From contig JAZBOS010000109.1 of NCBI GenBank assembly GCA_036351255.1, positions 64,039 to 128,038 on the forward strand: a DNA stretch of 64,000 nucleotides, given 5' to 3'. Within the stretch, counting starts at the first letter, position 1, and every line of letters starts with the position of its first letter. This DNA comes from Bacteroides sp. (lineage in GTDB: Bacteria; Bacteroidota; Bacteroidia; Bacteroidales; UBA7960). Made by a program: the position numbers and the translations under genes. This document shows positions 8,317 to 21,629 of the stretch, in pieces. The notes beneath the pieces are model-generated. The model was not told the origin of the DNA. It made no database searches and worked only from the letters and a program-made list of their open reading frames with translations.

Positions 8317-9504
8317 ATGGCAAAAGAAAAATTCCAACGCACAAAACCGCACGTGAACATAGGTACCATTGGTCACGTTGACCATGGCAAGACTACGCTC
8401 ACCGCTGCGATTACCCAGATCCTGGCTTCAAAAGGTCTTTCGGAAATTCGTTCGTTTGACTCGATTGACAACGCCCCTGAAGAAAAAGAAAGAGGTATAA
8501 CTATCAATACAGCGCACGTTGAGTATCAGACCGAGAGCCGTCACTATGCACACGTTGACTGCCCCGGTCACGCTGACTACGTGAAGAACATGGTTACCGG
8601 TGCTGCCCAGATGGACGGTGCTATCCTGGTCGTTGCTGCAACGGATGGTCCTATGCCCCAGACCCGTGAGCACATTCTTTTGGCCCGTCAGGTAGGTGTT
8701 CCCCAGCTTGTGGTTTTCATGAACAAGGTTGACCTTGTTGATGACGAAGAACTCCTGGAGCTGGTTGAGATGGAAATTCGTGATTTGCTTACTTTCTATA
8801 AGTTTGACGGTGACAATATTCCCGTGATCCGTGGTTCTGCTCTTGGCGGTTTGAACAACGAACCCAAATGGGTTGCCAAGGTTGAAGAACTGATGGAAGC
8901 TGTTGATACCTTTATCCCGCTGCCCCTCCGCGCCGTTGATAAGGACTTCCTGATGCCCGTTGAAGACGTGTTCTCGATTACTGGTCGTGGTACTGTTGCA
9001 ACTGGTAGGATTGAAACTGGTGTTATTAACTCCAGTGACCCTGTTGATATTATTGGTATGGGTGCAGAAAAACTCAAGTCGGTTGTTACCGGTGTTGAGA
9101 TGTTCCGCAAGATCCTGGACCGTGGTGAAGCTGGTGACAACGTAGGTCTGCTGCTTCGTGGTATTGACAAGGATGAGATCAGCCGTGGTATGGTTATTTG
9201 CAAGCCCGGTTCAGTGAAGCCGCACAAAAAATTCAAGGCTGAGGTCTATGTACTGAAGAAAGAAGAAGGTGGTCGTCACACTCCATTCCACAATAAGTAC
9301 CGCCCCCAGTTCTTCTTCCGTACTACTGACGTTACCGGAGAAATTTATCTGCCCGAAGGCGTTGAAATGTGTATGCCTGGTGATAACCTCACCATTACGG
9401 TAGAACTGATCAGCGAAGTGGCCATGGACAAAGGTCTGCGTTTTGCAATCCGCGAAGGTGGACGGACTGTTGGTGCCGGTCAGGTAACTGAAATTATTGA
9501 ATAA
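8317..9504 (+). CDS. tuf: Elongation factor Tu
   Basis: The 395-aa product has [18 protein letters not shown] and NKVD GTPase motifs and is full-length EF-Tu. Confidence 0.98.
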   Translation: MAKEKFQRTKPHVNIGTIGHVDHGKTTLTAAITQILASKGLSEIRSFDSIDNAPEEKERGITINTAHVEYQTESRHYAHVDCPGHADYVKNMVTGAAQMDGAILVVAATDGPMPQTREHILLARQVGVPQLVVFMNKVDLVDDEELLELVEMEIRDLLTFYKFDGDNIPVIRGSALGGLNNEPKWVAKVEELMEAVDTFIPLPLRAVDKDFLMPVEDVFSITGRGTVATGRIETGVINSSDPVDIIGMGAEKLKSVVTGVEMFRKILDRGEAGDNVGLLLRGIDKDEISRGMVICKPGSVKPHKKFKAEVYVLKKEEGGRHTPFHNKYRPQFFFRTTDVTGEIYLPEGVEMCMPGDNLTITVELISEVAMDKGLRFAIREGGRTVGAGQVTEIIE

Positions 9505-9559
9505 ACATAATGCCTTGCATAAGGGGAGCAGGTGATTTCATCTGCTCCCTTGTGCACAA

Positions 9560-9632
9560 ACGGGTGTAGCTCAATTGGTAGAGTAGTGGTCTCCAAAACC
9601 ATTGGTTGAGGGTTCGAGTCCTTCCACCCGTG
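9560..9632 (+). tRNA. tRNA-Trp (anticodon CCA)
   Basis: Acceptor ACGGGTG/CACCCGT, anticodon loop CTCCAAA, T loop TTCGAGT. It occupies the usual position between tuf and secE. Confidence 0.9.
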
Positions 9633-9657
9633 CTAAATATTAGAATCGAATAAAAAC

Positions 9658-9852
9658 ATGAAGAAAATCAGAGCCTATTTGCGCGAGACCTACGATGAAC
9701 TCATCCATAAAGTTTCGTGGCCGACTTGGAGTGAACTGCAGAACAGCGCAGTGGTGGTATCTATTGCTTCCCTCATAATCGCAATCGTGGTTTATTTGAT
9801 GGATACCAGCTTTAGCTCCATTCTGAAACAATTCTACCGTCTCTTTTTATAA
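9658..9852 (+). CDS. secE: Preprotein translocase subunit SecE
   Basis: The 64-aa product has a single C-terminal TM helix, the ..ELIHKVSWPTWSEL.. pattern, and the conserved position upstream of nusG. Confidence 0.85.
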   Translation: MKKIRAYLRETYDELIHKVSWPTWSELQNSAVVVSIASLIIAIVVYLMDTSFSSILKQFYRLFL

Positions 9853-9947
9853 TCATTTGGTTGACTGATTTGCCGAAAGTTCTAATATTTTACTGATTTT
9901 CAGCAATTGGCAAAAAAGACGACCAGGATTAAAGTTTTTACGTGAGT

Positions 9948-10490
9948 ATGAGCGACCAGGTGAAAAAATGGTATGTGGTCCGGGCTATTAGTGGTAGCGA
10001 GAAGAAAGTCAAGCAGTATATTGAAAGTGAGATCTCGCGCCTTGGTCTTCAGGATTACGTATCGCAAGTACTAATTCCCCAGGAGAAAGTCTATCAGATC
10101 CGTAAAGGGAAAAAAGTGAGCGCTGAGCGCAACTATTTTCCTGGATACATTCTGATTGAAGCTGCTCTGATGGGGGAGATCCCTCATATTATACGAAACG
10201 TTCCCGGGGTATTGGGATTTTTAGGCTCTGGTTCAGAACCCGCCCCGCTTCGTCCTTCAGAAGTCAATCGCATCTTAGGAAAGGTTGACGAACTTTCTGG
10301 CAAGGAAGAAGAACTGAATGTACCGTTTATTGTGGGAGAAACCGTAAAAGTGACAGACGGACCGTTCAACAGCTTTACCGGAGTGATCGAAGAGATCAAC
10401 GAAGAGAAAAAGAAACTGAAAGTGATGGTGAAAATCTTCGGTCGAAAGACTCCGCTAGAGCTGAGCTTCATGCAAGTTGAGAAAGAGTAG
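9948..10490 (+). CDS. nusG: Transcription termination/antitermination factor NusG
   Basis: It has the NGN domain (KKWYVVRAISGSEKKV) and the KOW region (GETVKVTDGPFNSFTGVIEEI). The ATG at 9948 is preferred over the GTG at 9942. Confidence 0.95.
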   Translation: MSDQVKKWYVVRAISGSEKKVKQYIESEISRLGLQDYVSQVLIPQEKVYQIRKGKKVSAERNYFPGYILIEAALMGEIPHIIRNVPGVLGFLGSGSEPAPLRPSEVNRILGKVDELSGKEEELNVPFIVGETVKVTDGPFNSFTGVIEEINEEKKKLKVMVKIFGRKTPLELSFMQVEKE

Positions 10491-10565
10491 GTGTGTTGTT
10501 ACGCGCATTTACATCAGCATGCATGATGTATTTCGATCCCCTTACTTGTTAAAAAAAATCGAAAA

Positions 10566-11000
10566 ATGGCAAAAGAAGTTAGTGCTTTAATAAAACTGCA
10601 AATCAAAGGCGGTGCTGCGAACCCTTCACCTCCTGTGGGCCCTGCATTGGGTGCCAAGGGGGTGAATATCATGGAGTTCTGTAAGCAGTTCAATGCCCGT
10701 ACGCAGGAAAAAGCAGGGAAAGTGATTCCTGTCATTATCACCGTGTACAAGGACAAGTCCTTTGATTTCATAACTAAGACCCCACCAGTTGCAGTGCAAC
10801 TGCGTGAGGCAGCCAAGATCAAATCGGGTTCAGCCGAGCCCAACAGGACCAAAGTTGCCACAATTACTTGGGAACAGGTACGGGAAATCGCAGAATCAAA
10901 AATGCCCGACTTAAACTGTTTCACCGTTGAGTCAGCCATGGAAATGGTTGCCGGTACGGCAAGGAGCATGGGTATCAGGATCAAGGGCGCAAAAGCCTAA
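10566..11000 (+). CDS. rplK: 50S ribosomal protein L11
   Basis: [34 protein letters not shown] is canonical uL11. Confidence 0.97.
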   Translation: MAKEVSALIKLQIKGGAANPSPPVGPALGAKGVNIMEFCKQFNARTQEKAGKVIPVIITVYKDKSFDFITKTPPVAVQLREAAKIKSGSAEPNRTKVATITWEQVREIAESKMPDLNCFTVESAMEMVAGTARSMGIRIKGAKA

Positions 11001-11064
11001 GTGATCGATCTCATCAAGTTTACTTAAGGGTATTCATTAACTTAAAGCTTAACGGAATCTGAAA

Positions 11065-11760
11065 ATGGCTAAATTAACAAAAAACCAAAAAGAAGCTTTA
11101 GCTAAGTTTGATAAGGATGCGGTTTTCTCATTGGCTGATGCGGCTGAAGTCGTAAAAAAGATCACCTACACCAAGTTTGATGCATCAGTGGATCTTGACA
11201 TCAGGCTGGGTGTTGACCCGCGAAAAGCCAACCAGATGGTCAGGGGCGTTGTAACCCTGCCACATGGGACTGGAAAAACCGTCAGGGTACTTGTATTATG
11301 TACCCCCGATAAGGAAGACGAAGCTAAAGAAGCCGGAGCTGATTACGTTGGCCTGGATGAATATGTTGAAAAGATCAAGGGAGGCTGGACCGATGTTGAT
11401 GTGGTGATTACTACCCCCAATGTTATGCCCAAAGTAGGTGCCCTGGGCCGTATCCTCGGACCCCGCGGCCTTATGCCCAACCCCAAAGCCGGTACTGTTA
11501 CCATGGACATTGGCAAAGCCGTCCAGGAGGTGAAAGCCGGTAAGATCGACTTCAAAGTGGATAAGTACGGTATTGTGCATGCCTCCATCGGCAAGGTGTC
11601 GTTCGACACCCCGAAGTTGGTAGATAATGCCAAAGAACTGATCCAGACCATCATCAGGTTAAAACCTGCCGCTGCAAAGGGTACTTACGTGAAGAGCATC
11701 TTCTTGTCAAGTACTATGAGCCCGGGTATTCAGGTTGAGACCAAATCAGTGAACAATTAA
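11065..11760 (+). CDS. rplA: 50S ribosomal protein L1
   Basis: The 231-aa product contains [35 protein letters not shown]. Confidence 0.97.
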   Translation: MAKLTKNQKEALAKFDKDAVFSLADAAEVVKKITYTKFDASVDLDIRLGVDPRKANQMVRGVVTLPHGTGKTVRVLVLCTPDKEDEAKEAGADYVGLDEYVEKIKGGWTDVDVVITTPNVMPKVGALGRILGPRGLMPNPKAGTVTMDIGKAVQEVKAGKIDFKVDKYGIVHASIGKVSFDTPKLVDNAKELIQTIIRLKPAAAKGTYVKSIFLSSTMSPGIQVETKSVNN

Positions 11761-11798
11761 ACATAGGTGGCACATCACCTTAAAGATACTGACACTTT

Positions 11799-12320
11799 AT
11801 GAAAAGAGAAGACAAATATCAGATTATCGAATCGTTGACCGAGAAGTTAAAAGGTGGCGATATAGTGTATCTGACTGACACTTCTGGCCTGGATGTAGAA
11901 ACCATCAATAAATTGAGGAGGCTTTGTTTCCGTCGTAATGTGGGGCTGCAGGTGGTAAAGAACACCTTGCTCCGCAAAGCCATGGAAGCCAGTGAGAAAA
12001 ACTTCGAAGCGTTGTATGACGTGTTGAAGGGGGCTACCTCAATCATGTTTTCAGATACGGGCAACGTTCCTGCCCGCCTGATCAAAGAGTTTCGCAAGAC
12101 CAGTCCGAAGCCGATCCTAAAGGGTGCCTATGTTCAGGAAGCGATCTTTATTGGGGAAGAGCAGCTGGAAACGCTGGTAAACCTCAAGTCGAAAGAAGAA
12201 CTCATTGGCGACCTTATTGGATTGCTGCAATCTCCTGCCCGGAATGTGATCTCTGCCCTTCAATCGGGTGGATCGACCATTGCCGGTGTATTGAAAACGC
12301 TTTCGGAAAAAGAAAGCTAA
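11799..12320 (+). CDS. rplJ: 50S ribosomal protein L10
   Basis: The 173-aa product has the L10 pattern and the conserved position between rplA and rplL. Confidence 0.95.
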   Translation: MKREDKYQIIESLTEKLKGGDIVYLTDTSGLDVETINKLRRLCFRRNVGLQVVKNTLLRKAMEASEKNFEALYDVLKGATSIMFSDTGNVPARLIKEFRKTSPKPILKGAYVQEAIFIGEEQLETLVNLKSKEELIGDLIGLLQSPARNVISALQSGGSTIAGVLKTLSEKES

Positions 12321-12372
12321 GCATTTGAATGAAAAAATCACAAAAGTAAAACCAATTAAAACAAAAATAAAA

Positions 12373-12753
12373 ATGGCAGATTTGAAAGCTTTTGCAGAAC
12401 AATTAGTTAATCTTACGGTAAAAGAGGTTAATGAATTGGCACAGATTTTGAAAGAAGAATACGGCATTGAGCCTGCAGCCGCTGCTCCTGTTGCTGTGGC
12501 AGCCGCAGCTGGTGCTGAGGCAGCCGAAGCTGCAGAAGAACAGACCCAGTTTGACGTGATTCTGAAAGCTGCTGGCCCCTCTAAGCTGGCCGTTGTGAAG
12601 CTTGTGAAAGAACTCACCAGCCTCGGATTGAAAGAAGCTAAAGAACTGGTAGACGGAGCACCTAAAGCGATTAAGGAAGGTGTTGCAAAAGATGAAGCAG
12701 AATCATTGAAAAAGCAACTGGAAGAAGCCGGCGCAGAGGTTGAAGTAAAATAA
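12373..12753 (+). CDS. rplL: 50S ribosomal protein L7/L12
   Basis: [34 protein letters not shown], an Ala-rich hinge, and the C-terminal domain [24 protein letters not shown]. The start is set at the ATG at 12373. Confidence 0.95.
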   Translation: MADLKAFAEQLVNLTVKEVNELAQILKEEYGIEPAAAAPVAVAAAAGAEAAEAAEEQTQFDVILKAAGPSKLAVVKLVKELTSLGLKEAKELVDGAPKAIKEGVAKDEAESLKKQLEEAGAEVEVK

Positions 12754-12770
12754 GCTCTCGTAAATATCTG

Positions 12771-12820
12771 AAGATTAGACTTCTGCCGAATCCCCGCGAT
12801 CGATGTAGAAGTCTAATCTT
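12771..12820 (+). terminator. 14-bp-stem hairpin after rplL (terminator/attenuator upstream of rpoB)
   Basis: aagattagacttct (12771-12784) pairs perfectly with agaagtctaatctt (12807-12820). The downstream sequence is T-rich. Confidence 0.5.
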
Positions 12821-12881
12821 TATTGCTGTTTATTTGTTTTTCTTCTTTTAGTTTATTTAGTAACTACAAACACCTCAGACC

Positions 12882-15800
12882 TTGGCAGCAAATATCAAAA
12901 CCGTCGAGAGGGTAAATTTTTCCTCAGTAACCACTCATTTTGATTACCCTGACTTTCTTGAAGTCCAGCTGAAGTCCTTCCAGGACTTTTTCCAGCTTGA
13001 GACGACTCCGGAAAATCGCAAGAATGAGGGCCTTTTTAAAGTGTTTAGTGAGAATTTCCCCATTTCCGACGCCCGAAACAATTTTGTACTTGAATTCTTA
13101 GATTATTTTATTGATCCCCCGAAATATTCCATTCAGGAATGTATCGAACGCGGGCTGACATACAGTGTTCCGCTTAAAGCGAAACTTAAGCTGTATTGTA
13201 CAGACCCCGAACACGAAGACTTTGAAACCATAATCCAGGATGTTTACCTTGGGATGATTCCTTACATGACTCCCCGTGGTACTTTTGTGATCAATGGTGC
13301 TGAGCGTGTAGTGGTGTCACAGTTACACCGCTCTCCCGGGGTGTTTTTTGGAACCAGCCTGCATGCCAATGGTACGCAACTTTACAGTGCCAGGATCATT
13401 CCCTTTAAGGGATCCTGGATTGAGTTTGCGACCGATATTAACAATGTAATGTATGCTTACATTGACAGGAAAAAGAAACTGCCTGTCACCACTTTGCTTA
13501 GGGCCATTGGTTATGAAAGTGATAAGGATATCCTTGAGATCTTTGACCTGGCCGATGAAGTAAAGGTAAGCAAGACCGGCCTGAAGAAATATGTTGGGCG
13601 TAAATTAGCCGCCCGGGTATTGCGTTCATGGGTCGAAGACTTTGTTGACGAAGATACCGGAGAGGTGGTTTCCATTGAGCGAAATGAGGTTATCATTGAC
13701 CGTGAAACCGTCCTCGAGAATGAACATATTGACCTAATTGTAGAATCAGGCGCAAAAACCATTATCCTTCACAAAGAGGATTTGAACCTGAGCGATTATG
13801 CCCTGATTTATAACACCCTCCAAAAAGACACTACCAACTCGGAAAAAGATGCGGTGGAATTTATTTACCGTTTGCTCCGTAATGCTGATCCGCCGGATGA
13901 TGAGACCGCGCGTGGCATGATCGAAAAGCTTTTCTTCTCCGATAAGCGTTATGACTTGGGTGATGTTGGCCGTTACAGGATCAACAAGAAGCTCAATCTT
14001 GAAATCCCCATGGATTTAAGGGTACTTACCAAGGAAGATATTATCTCTATTGTGAAGTACCTCATTGAACTGGTTAATGCCAAGGCAGATGTTGATGACA
14101 TTGACCACTTAAGTAACCGTCGTGTAAGGACTGTTGGTGAGCAGCTATATGCCCAGTTTGGTGTAGGTTTGGCCCGTATGGCCCGCACCATTCGCGAGCG
14201 CATGAACGTTCGCGATAACGAAGTATTTGCTCCAACTGATCTGATCAACGCGAAAACCCTTTCATCGGTTATCAATTCTTTCTTTGGGACGAACCAGCTA
14301 AGCCAGTTTATGGATCAGACCAACCCGCTTGCTGAATTAACGCACAAACGCAGGATGTCAGCACTTGGTCCTGGTGGTTTGTCCAGGGAAAGGGCTGGTT
14401 TTGAAGTGCGCGACGTTCACTTTACGCACTATGGCAGACTTTGTACGATTGAAACCCCCGAAGGCCCAAATATTGGTCTGATTTCTTCGCTTTGTGTTTA
14501 CGCAAAGGTCAATGACTTAGGTTTCATTGAGACTCCCTATTTCGAGGTCAAAGAAGGTAAAGTTGACTTCAAGAGCGAGCCGATGTATCTTTCGGCGGAA
14601 GAGGAGGAGACCAAAATCATTAGCCAGGCAAACGTTTCTCTGAAAAAGGATGGGAAATTCGTCGAAGACCTTGTTAAGGTTCGTTTCCAGGCCGATTATC
14701 CCATTGTAGAGCCCGAAAAGATTGACCTGATGGATGTCGGTCCTAACCAGATTGCTTCCATTGCTGCTTCGCTGATCCCCTTCCTTGAGCACGATGATGC
14801 CAACCGTGCCCTGATGGGTAGTAACATGATGCGCCAGGCTGTACCCTTACTTAATCCGGAATCTCCAATTGTAGGTACTGGTCTGGAAAAAAAGGTGGCA
14901 ACTGACTCCCGCGTGCTGATTAATGCAGAAGGAGAAGGTTTGGTGGAATATGTGGATGCTGATGAGATCATTATTCGCTACTCAAGAAATGATGATGAGA
15001 AGTTGGTGAGTTTTGAAGATGATGTTAGAATCTACAAGCTGACCAAGTTTGCCAAGACCAACCAAAGTACCTGCATTAACCTTCGCCCTATTGTACGAAA
15101 GGGACAAAAAGTGACCAAGGGTCAGCTGCTGTGCGAAGGATATGCTACCAAGGATGGGGAACTTGCTTTAGGCCGCAACCTGAAAGTGGCATTCATGCCC
15201 TGGAAAGGCTATAACTTTGAGGATGCTATTGTTATATCCGAAAAAGTTGTAAAGGAAGATATCTTTACTTCTATTCATATTGAGGAGTTCTCCCTCGACG
15301 TTCGTGACACCAAGCGGGGAGTTGAGGAACTTACTAGTGATATTCCAAACGTCAGTGCAGAAGCCATCAAGGATCTTGATGAAAATGGATTGATCCGTAT
15401 TGGTGCCGAAGTCAACGAAGGCGATATCCTTATCGGGAAAATCACGCCCAAAGGAGAAACAGATCCTACGCCCGAAGAGAAGTTATTGCGGGCTATCTTT
15501 GGTGACAAGGCAGGCGATGTGAAGGATGCTTCACTGAAAGCACCGCCATCAACGAAAGGAGTTGTTGTTGATAAAAAACTCTTCTCCCGTGTTTTCAAGG
15601 ATCGAAAAGCCAAGACAAAGGAAAAGATAATCCTTGAGAAACTGGATGATGAGTTCAATGCCGAAGTTACCGAGCTTAGGGCAAAACTGGTTGATAAACT
15701 TATTGTGCTGGTAAGCGGGAAAACTTCCCAAGGCGTCATGAACAGCCTCAAGGAAGTAGTGGTTGCCAAGGGTACTAAGTTTACACAAAAGATCCTGCAC

Positions 15801-16694
15801 AACCTTGATTATGCAAGCATTAACCCCAATAACTGGACAACCGATCGCGAGAGGAACTTGCTCATTAAGGAATTGCTTCACAACTATTCCATTAAATTCA
15901 AGGATATCCTGGGCGCATATAACCGGAAGAAATTTACCAGTACTGTTGGAGATGAACTTCCAGCAGGGATTGTTCAGCTTGCCAAGATCTATCTGGCGAA
16001 GAAGCGTAAGTTGAAAGTGGGTGACAAGATGGCCGGTCGACACGGAAACAAGGGTATTGTTGCCCGAATTGTCCGTGAAGAAGACATGCCATTCCTGGAA
16101 GACGGAACCCCGGTCGATATTGTTTTGAACCCCTTGGGTGTGCCTTCGCGTATGAACCTGGGCCAGATTTATGAGACCGTGCTGGGTTGGGCAGGTGAAA
16201 AACTGAATATGAAGTTCTCCAGCCCCATTTTCGACGGCGCCACCATTGATGAGATTAACGAGTATATGCGTAAGGCAGGATTACCTGAAAACGGGAAAGT
16301 GTACCTGTATGATGGTGGTACCGGTGAACGATTTGACCAGCCTGCAACAGTAGGTATCATTTATATGTTGAAGCTTGGTCATATGGTTGACGACAAAATG
16401 CATGCCCGTTCTATCGGTCCTTATTCGCTGATCACACAACAACCCCTGGGCGGTAAAGCTCAGTTTGGGGGTCAGCGTTTTGGTGAGATGGAAGTCTGGG
16501 CCCTTGAGGCATTTGGTGCTGCCAATATCCTTCAGGAGATTCTGACCGTGAAATCCGATGATGTAATTGGCCGGGCTAAGGCTTATGAAGCCATAGTAAA
16601 AGGCGAAAATATGCCAACTCCTGGTGTGCCTGAATCATTCAATGTCTTGGTTCACGAACTCAGGGGACTTGGCCTCAATATCCGGTTTGATTAA
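12882..16694 (+). CDS. rpoB: DNA-directed RNA polymerase subunit beta
   Basis: The 1270-aa product is full-length RpoB with an apparent TTG start at 12882. Confidence 0.98.
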   Translation: MAANIKTVERVNFSSVTTHFDYPDFLEVQLKSFQDFFQLETTPENRKNEGLFKVFSENFPISDARNNFVLEFLDYFIDPPKYSIQECIERGLTYSVPLKAKLKLYCTDPEHEDFETIIQDVYLGMIPYMTPRGTFVINGAERVVVSQLHRSPGVFFGTSLHANGTQLYSARIIPFKGSWIEFATDINNVMYAYIDRKKKLPVTTLLRAIGYESDKDILEIFDLADEVKVSKTGLKKYVGRKLAARVLRSWVEDFVDEDTGEVVSIERNEVIIDRETVLENEHIDLIVESGAKTIILHKEDLNLSDYALIYNTLQKDTTNSEKDAVEFIYRLLRNADPPDDETARGMIEKLFFSDKRYDLGDVGRYRINKKLNLEIPMDLRVLTKEDIISIVKYLIELVNAKADVDDIDHLSNRRVRTVGEQLYAQFGVGLARMARTIRERMNVRDNEVFAPTDLINAKTLSSVINSFFGTNQLSQFMDQTNPLAELTHKRRMSALGPGGLSRERAGFEVRDVHFTHYGRLCTIETPEGPNIGLISSLCVYAKVNDLGFIETPYFEVKEGKVDFKSEPMYLSAEEEETKIISQANVSLKKDGKFVEDLVKVRFQADYPIVEPEKIDLMDVGPNQIASIAASLIPFLEHDDANRALMGSNMMRQAVPLLNPESPIVGTGLEKKVATDSRVLINAEGEGLVEYVDADEIIIRYSRNDDEKLVSFEDDVRIYKLTKFAKTNQSTCINLRPIVRKGQKVTKGQLLCEGYATKDGELALGRNLKVAFMPWKGYNFEDAIVISEKVVKEDIFTSIHIEEFSLDVRDTKRGVEELTSDIPNVSAEAIKDLDENGLIRIGAEVNEGDILIGKITPKGETDPTPEEKLLRAIFGDKAGDVKDASLKAPPSTKGVVVDKKLFSRVFKDRKAKTKEKIILEKLDDEFNAEVTELRAKLVDKLIVLVSGKTSQGVMNSLKEVVVAKGTKFTQKILHNLDYASINPNNWTTDRERNLLIKELLHNYSIKFKDILGAYNRKKFTSTVGDELPAGIVQLAKIYLAKKRKLKVGDKMAGRHGNKGIVARIVREEDMPFLEDGTPVDIVLNPLGVPSRMNLGQIYETVLGWAGEKLNMKFSSPIFDGATIDEINEYMRKAGLPENGKVYLYDGGTGERFDQPATVGIIYMLKLGHMVDDKMHARSIGPYSLITQQPLGGKAQFGGQRFGEMEVWALEAFGAANILQEILTVKSDDVIGRAKAYEAIVKGENMPTPGVPESFNVLVHELRGLGLNIRFD

Positions 16695-16701
16695 ACCCAC
16701 G

Positions 16702-16736
16702 ATTCTGCCTGCAGCAAATCTATCTGCAGGCAGAAT
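16702..16736 (+). promoter_or_regulatory. 13-bp perfect hairpin in the rpoB-rpoC spacer
   Basis: attctgcctgcag / ctgcaggcagaat with a 9-nt loop. There is no clear T-run, so it is probably an attenuator or processing structure. Confidence 0.5.
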
Positions 16737-16819
16737 ATTCCATTAGCACGTTGTTTTGGTTGCTAATTGTTGCTAACGACAAAATTGTATATTCAACTTC
16801 TTTAACAATATCAACCTAT

Positions 16820-19800
16820 ATGGCTTTCAGAAAAGAAACCAACGTAAAAAGCAATTTCTCGAAGATCACCATTAGCCTGGCTTCACCTGAGTCGGTTTTG
16901 GAAAGGTCTCACGGGGAAGTGCTGAAGCCGGAAACCATTAACTACCGAACATATAAGCCTGAACGTGACGGGTTATTCTGTGAGAGAATCTTTGGTCCGG
17001 TTAAAGACTGGGAATGTCATTGCGGAAAATACAAACGCATTCGTTATAAGGGAATCGTTTGTGACCGATGCGGTGTTGAAGTTACTGAGAAAAAAGTGCG
17101 CCGTGAAAGAATGGGACACATTAAACTGGTTGTTCCCGTGGCACACATTTGGTTCTTCCGCTCACTTCCCAATAAGATCGGCTACCTGCTTGGATTACCT
17201 TCTAAAAAACTCGACCAGATTATTTATTACGAAAGGTATGTGGTCGTTAATCCCGGTATTAAGGCTGATGAGCTTAGTTTCCTTGATTTTCTTACCGAAG
17301 AGGAATATTTTAATATCCTCGAATCACTTCCGCGTGAGAACCAAATGCTTGAAGACGATGACCCAAACAAGTTTGTTGCCAAGATGGGTGCAGAAGCCCT
17401 CAAGGACATCCTTACCCGTCTGGATTTGGATCAGCTTTCTTACGATCTTCGTCACAAGGCAAACACGGAAACCTCACAGCAGCGTAAGGCTGATGCCCTG
17501 AAGCGACTTCAGGTGGTTGAAGCTTTCCGCGAAGCCCAAAAAACCATTGAAAACAAACCGGAATGGATGATTGTGGACGTTGTTCCCGTTATCCCTCCGG
17601 AACTTCGACCCCTGGTTCCTCTGGATGGCGGTCGTTTTGCCACCAGCGACCTTAACGACCTGTATCGTAGGGTGATCATCCGTAATAATCGTCTTAAACG
17701 CCTGATCGAGATCAAGGCTCCCGACGTGATCCTGCGCAACGAGAAACGTATGCTTCAGGAAGCTGTCGACTCATTGTTTGACAACTCAAGGAAAACCAAT
17801 GCTGTCAAGACGGAGTCAAATCGTCCGCTTAAGTCGCTCAGCGATAGCCTTAAAGGCAAGCAGGGGCGATTCCGCCAAAACCTTTTGGGTAAGCGTGTTG
17901 ACTATTCTGCACGTTCCGTTATCGTGGTTGGCCCTGAACTGAAACTGCACGAATGCGGCCTTCCCAAAGAAATGGCATCTGAACTCTTTAAGCCTTTCAT
18001 CATCCGTAAGATGCTGGAAAGGGGCATTGTAAAGACCGTAAAATCTGCCAAGAAAATTGTTGACCGCAAGGATCCGGTTGTATGGGATATCCTGGAAAAT
18101 GTCTTAAAAGGACACCCGGTATTACTTAACCGTGCACCCACCCTCCACCGCTTGGGGATTCAGGCTTTCCAGCCCAAATTGATTGAAGGTAAGGCTATTC
18201 AGCTGCATCCCCTGGTTTGTACCGCTTTCAACGCTGACTTCGACGGTGACCAGATGGCTGTTCATGTGCCGTTAGGCAACGCGGCCATCCTCGAAGCCCA
18301 AATGCTGATGCTTGCTTCTCACAACATTTTGAATCCGGCTAATGGTGCCCCCATTGCGGTGCCTTCACAGGATATGGTACTTGGTCTTTATTACATGACC
18401 AAGGCGCGCAAGAGCATTGCTGAGCATCCTGTTAAAGGGGAAGGCCTTGTTTTCTATGGACCCGAAGAGGTGATTATCGCCTACAATGAAGGCGCTGCTG
18501 ATTTGCACGCCATTATTAAGGTTCGTGTTCCCGTCCTTGAAGAAGGTCAACTGGTTGAGCGCCTGGTGGAAACCACCGTGGGCCGTGTTCTCTTCAACCA
18601 AGTGATCCCTGAGGAATATGGTTTTATTAACCAACTGCTTACCAAAAAAGCACTCCGTGATATCATCGGGTCAATTATGAAGGTTACAGGAATTTCGCGT
18701 ACTTCTCAATTCCTTGATGATATTAAGGACCTCGGCTTCAATATGGCCTTCAGGGGTGGTCTTTCATTTAACCTTGGGGATATTCTTGTTCCTGGAGAAA
18801 AACAGATCCTTATCGATCAGGCCAATGAGCAGGTAGAAGAGGTTCGTGCTAATTACAGCATGGGCTTTATTACCAACAACGAACGATACAACCAGATCAT
18901 CGACATCTGGACTCATACAAATGCCAAGCTTACCAAGGTTTTGATCGAGAAGACCACTGCCGATAACCAGGGTTTTAATCCTGTTTATATGATGCTTGAC
19001 TCCGGTGCAAGGGGTTCCAAGGAACAGATTCGTCAGCTTTCAGGGATGAGGGGTCTTATGGCCAAACCTCAGAAATCAGGTGCAAAGGGCGGAGAGATCA
19101 TTGAAAACCCCATTCTTTCCAACTTTAAGGAAGGGCTGTCCGTTCTTGAGTACTTTATCTCGACCCACGGTGCCCGTAAAGGTCTTGCTGATACTGCTCT
19201 TAAAACTGCTGATGCTGGTTACCTAACCCGTAGGCTTGTGGATGTTTCCCAGGACGTTATTGTGACCGAACCTGACTGTGGAACCCTCCGTGGGTTAACG
19301 GCTACCGCCCTGAAAAACAATGAAGAAACCGTTGAGCCTCTTTACGACCGTATTCTTGGACGTACAACCCTGCACGATATCTATCATCCCACAACGGGTG
19401 AATTAATCGTAAATGCAGGTGAAGAACTCACCGAAGAAATTGCCCAGGTTATTGAAGACTCACCAATTGAAGCCGTCGAAATCCGTTCCGTGCTCACTTG
19501 TGAGTCAAAACTCGGTGTTTGCGCTAAATGTTATGGCCGTAACCTGGCAACAGGACGTATGGTACAAAAAGGCGAAGCTATCGGTGTAATTGCTGCACAA
19601 TCCATTGGTGAACCCGGTACACAGCTAACCCTGCGTACCTTCCACGTGGGTGGTGTTGCAGGTGGCCTGGCCACCGCCTCCAAGATCAATGCCAAATATG
19701 GCGGGTTATTGGAGATCGATGAACTTCGCAGCGTACCCTTTACCAATATCGAAGGCAAATCCTATCATGTGGTCATTGGACGTTCAGCTGAAATGCGGAT

Positions 19801-21109
19801 TGTTGACAAGAATACCCGTATGGTGTTGACCAGTCAAAACATTCCTTATGGCGCCAACCTGTACTTCCAGGCCGGACAAGAAGTGGAAAGCGGTGACCTG
19901 ATTTGCGAATGGGATCCTTACAACGCTGTGATTATCTCCGATATGGCAGGGAAGGTGGTCTTCAATCAGATGCAGGAAGGGGTTACTTATCGTACCGATT
20001 CTGATGAACAGACCGGGTATTACGAAAAGGTGATCGTTGAAAGCAAAGACCGGACCAAAAACCCCTCCATCAGCATCGTTGACAAGGATGGCGAAATCCT
20101 TCGCAACTATGATATGCCGGTGGGAGCGCACATTGTAATTTCCGAAGATCAGGAGATCGTGTCTGGTAAGATCATTGCCAAGATCCCGAGGGCCGTGGGT
20201 AAATCAGGTGACATCACCGGTGGTTTGCCCAGAATCACCGAATTGTTCGAAGCCCGTAACCCCAGCGATCCTGCTGTGGTGGCTGAGATCGATGGCGTTG
20301 TTTCCTTTGGAAAGAAAATTAAGCGTGGTAACCGCGAGGTGATCATTACCTCAAAGACTGGTGACGAGAAACGTTATCTTGTTCCGCTCTCCAAGCAGAT
20401 TCTTGCCCAGGAGAATGACTTTGTCAAGGCAGGGACCCCCTTATCTGATGGACCGATAACCCCGGCCGACATCCTCGCCATCAAAGGCCCCACCGCAGTT
20501 CAGGAATATATCGTGAACGAGGTGCAGGAAGTTTACCGAATGCAGGGTGTGAAAATCAACGACAAGCACTTTGAAGTGATTGTTCGCCAGATGATGCGTA
20601 AGGTAACCATTGATGATCCGGGCGATACCCGTTTCCTCGAAAATGAAATCGTGAACAAGATTGAGTTCATGGAAGAAAATGACAATATCTTCGGTAAGAA
20701 GGTTGTCGAAGATCCGGGTGACTCTGTGATGAAGCCCGGCCAGATCATTACTGCCAGGAAGTTACGTGATGAAAATTCATTGCTCAAGCGGAAAGACAAA
20801 GCTGTTGTGGTTGCCCGTGATGCAAGGGGGGCCACTGCCCGCCAGCAGTTGCAGGGTATCACCAAGGCTTCACTGCAGACCAAGAGCTTTATCTCTGCCG
20901 CTTCATTCCAGGAAACCACCAAAGTCCTTACAGATGCCGCTGTCAACGCTAAAATAGACGATCTTGCAGGCCTGAAGGAGAATGTGATCGTTGGTCATCT
21001 TATCCCTGCCGGCACTGGCCTCAGGGAGTATGAGAACATCATTGTTGGTTCAATGGAAGAATACAATTTGTTAATGGCCTCCAAGCGAAAAGTTGAAGAG
21101 GTCGAGTAA
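16820..21109 (+). CDS. rpoC: DNA-directed RNA polymerase subunit beta'
   Basis: It has the [12 protein letters not shown] catalytic motif and a zinc-binding CHCGKY..CDRCG. The start is set at the ATG at 16820 ([16 protein letters not shown]). Confidence 0.98.
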   Translation: MAFRKETNVKSNFSKITISLASPESVLERSHGEVLKPETINYRTYKPERDGLFCERIFGPVKDWECHCGKYKRIRYKGIVCDRCGVEVTEKKVRRERMGHIKLVVPVAHIWFFRSLPNKIGYLLGLPSKKLDQIIYYERYVVVNPGIKADELSFLDFLTEEEYFNILESLPRENQMLEDDDPNKFVAKMGAEALKDILTRLDLDQLSYDLRHKANTETSQQRKADALKRLQVVEAFREAQKTIENKPEWMIVDVVPVIPPELRPLVPLDGGRFATSDLNDLYRRVIIRNNRLKRLIEIKAPDVILRNEKRMLQEAVDSLFDNSRKTNAVKTESNRPLKSLSDSLKGKQGRFRQNLLGKRVDYSARSVIVVGPELKLHECGLPKEMASELFKPFIIRKMLERGIVKTVKSAKKIVDRKDPVVWDILENVLKGHPVLLNRAPTLHRLGIQAFQPKLIEGKAIQLHPLVCTAFNADFDGDQMAVHVPLGNAAILEAQMLMLASHNILNPANGAPIAVPSQDMVLGLYYMTKARKSIAEHPVKGEGLVFYGPEEVIIAYNEGAADLHAIIKVRVPVLEEGQLVERLVETTVGRVLFNQVIPEEYGFINQLLTKKALRDIIGSIMKVTGISRTSQFLDDIKDLGFNMAFRGGLSFNLGDILVPGEKQILIDQANEQVEEVRANYSMGFITNNERYNQIIDIWTHTNAKLTKVLIEKTTADNQGFNPVYMMLDSGARGSKEQIRQLSGMRGLMAKPQKSGAKGGEIIENPILSNFKEGLSVLEYFISTHGARKGLADTALKTADAGYLTRRLVDVSQDVIVTEPDCGTLRGLTATALKNNEETVEPLYDRILGRTTLHDIYHPTTGELIVNAGEELTEEIAQVIEDSPIEAVEIRSVLTCESKLGVCAKCYGRNLATGRMVQKGEAIGVIAAQSIGEPGTQLTLRTFHVGGVAGGLATASKINAKYGGLLEIDELRSVPFTNIEGKSYHVVIGRSAEMRIVDKNTRMVLTSQNIPYGANLYFQAGQEVESGDLICEWDPYNAVIISDMAGKVVFNQMQEGVTYRTDSDEQTGYYEKVIVESKDRTKNPSISIVDKDGEILRNYDMPVGAHIVISEDQEIVSGKIIAKIPRAVGKSGDITGGLPRITELFEARNPSDPAVVAEIDGVVSFGKKIKRGNREVIITSKTGDEKRYLVPLSKQILAQENDFVKAGTPLSDGPITPADILAIKGPTAVQEYIVNEVQEVYRMQGVKINDKHFEVIVRQMMRKVTIDDPGDTRFLENEIVNKIEFMEENDNIFGKKVVEDPGDSVMKPGQIITARKLRDENSLLKRKDKAVVVARDARGATARQQLQGITKASLQTKSFISAASFQETTKVLTDAAVNAKIDDLAGLKENVIVGHLIPAGTGLREYENIIVGSMEEYNLLMASKRKVEEVE

Positions 21110-21143
21110 AACTGATTATTAACCCTAAAAAGAAAGGCAAGTG

Positions 21144-21458
21144 ATGTCTGAACAAAAAAAACCTGAAAACCAGATTAACATTGAATTGGGAGAGGATGTT
21201 GGAGAAGGTGTATATTCTAATCTGGCCGTAATTACCCATTCACACTCTGAGTTTGTGGTCGATTTCGTCAGACTTATGCCTGGTCTGCCCAAAGCCAAAG
21301 TGAAATCAAGGATCATTCTTACACCCCAGCACGCCAAGCGGCTTTTAAAGGCGCTGAAGGAGAATATTGGGAAGTTTGAATCTGTCCATGGACCCATCAA
21401 GGATGTTGATGTGCCTGGATTACCCCTGAACCTGGGCGGGCCAACAGCGCAAGCCTGA
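21144..21458 (+). CDS. DUF3467 domain-containing protein
   Basis: The roughly 104-aa product contains GVYSNLAVITHSHSEFVVDFV..RIILTPQHAKRLLKAL. Members of this family commonly follow rpoC in Bacteroidota. Confidence 0.8.
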   Translation: MSEQKKPENQINIELGEDVGEGVYSNLAVITHSHSEFVVDFVRLMPGLPKAKVKSRIILTPQHAKRLLKALKENIGKFESVHGPIKDVDVPGLPLNLGGPTAQA

Positions 21459-21468
21459 AAATAATAAA

Positions 21469-21507
21469 GAGGCTGTCTCGAAAAAAGGAGACAGCCTCTT
21501 TTTTTTT
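21469..21507 (+). terminator. Rho-independent terminator of the rpoBC/DUF3467 unit
   Basis: The 11-bp stem gaggctgtctc / gagacagcctc is followed by T9. Confidence 0.8.
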
Positions 21508-21629
21508 GCCCAAATTGGCAGAACCCAAAACTCCTTGTTAAATTTTCCTTGTTTTTTCTGCTATCATTTCTGATCTGGCCAAGGACTTGGTTTGGAAACG
21601 AGTCTTTCCATACTCATACCACGCTCGTG

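Noticed and set aside
10514-12617. Minus-strand ORFs of 156 aa (10514-10984) and 166 aa (12117-12617), and similar ORFs inside rpoB/rpoC (for example 15275-15802 and 20533-20946)
   Set aside because: They lie antisense to ribosomal-protein and RNA polymerase genes. Their Ser/Thr/Ala-rich low-complexity products are typical of shadow ORFs.
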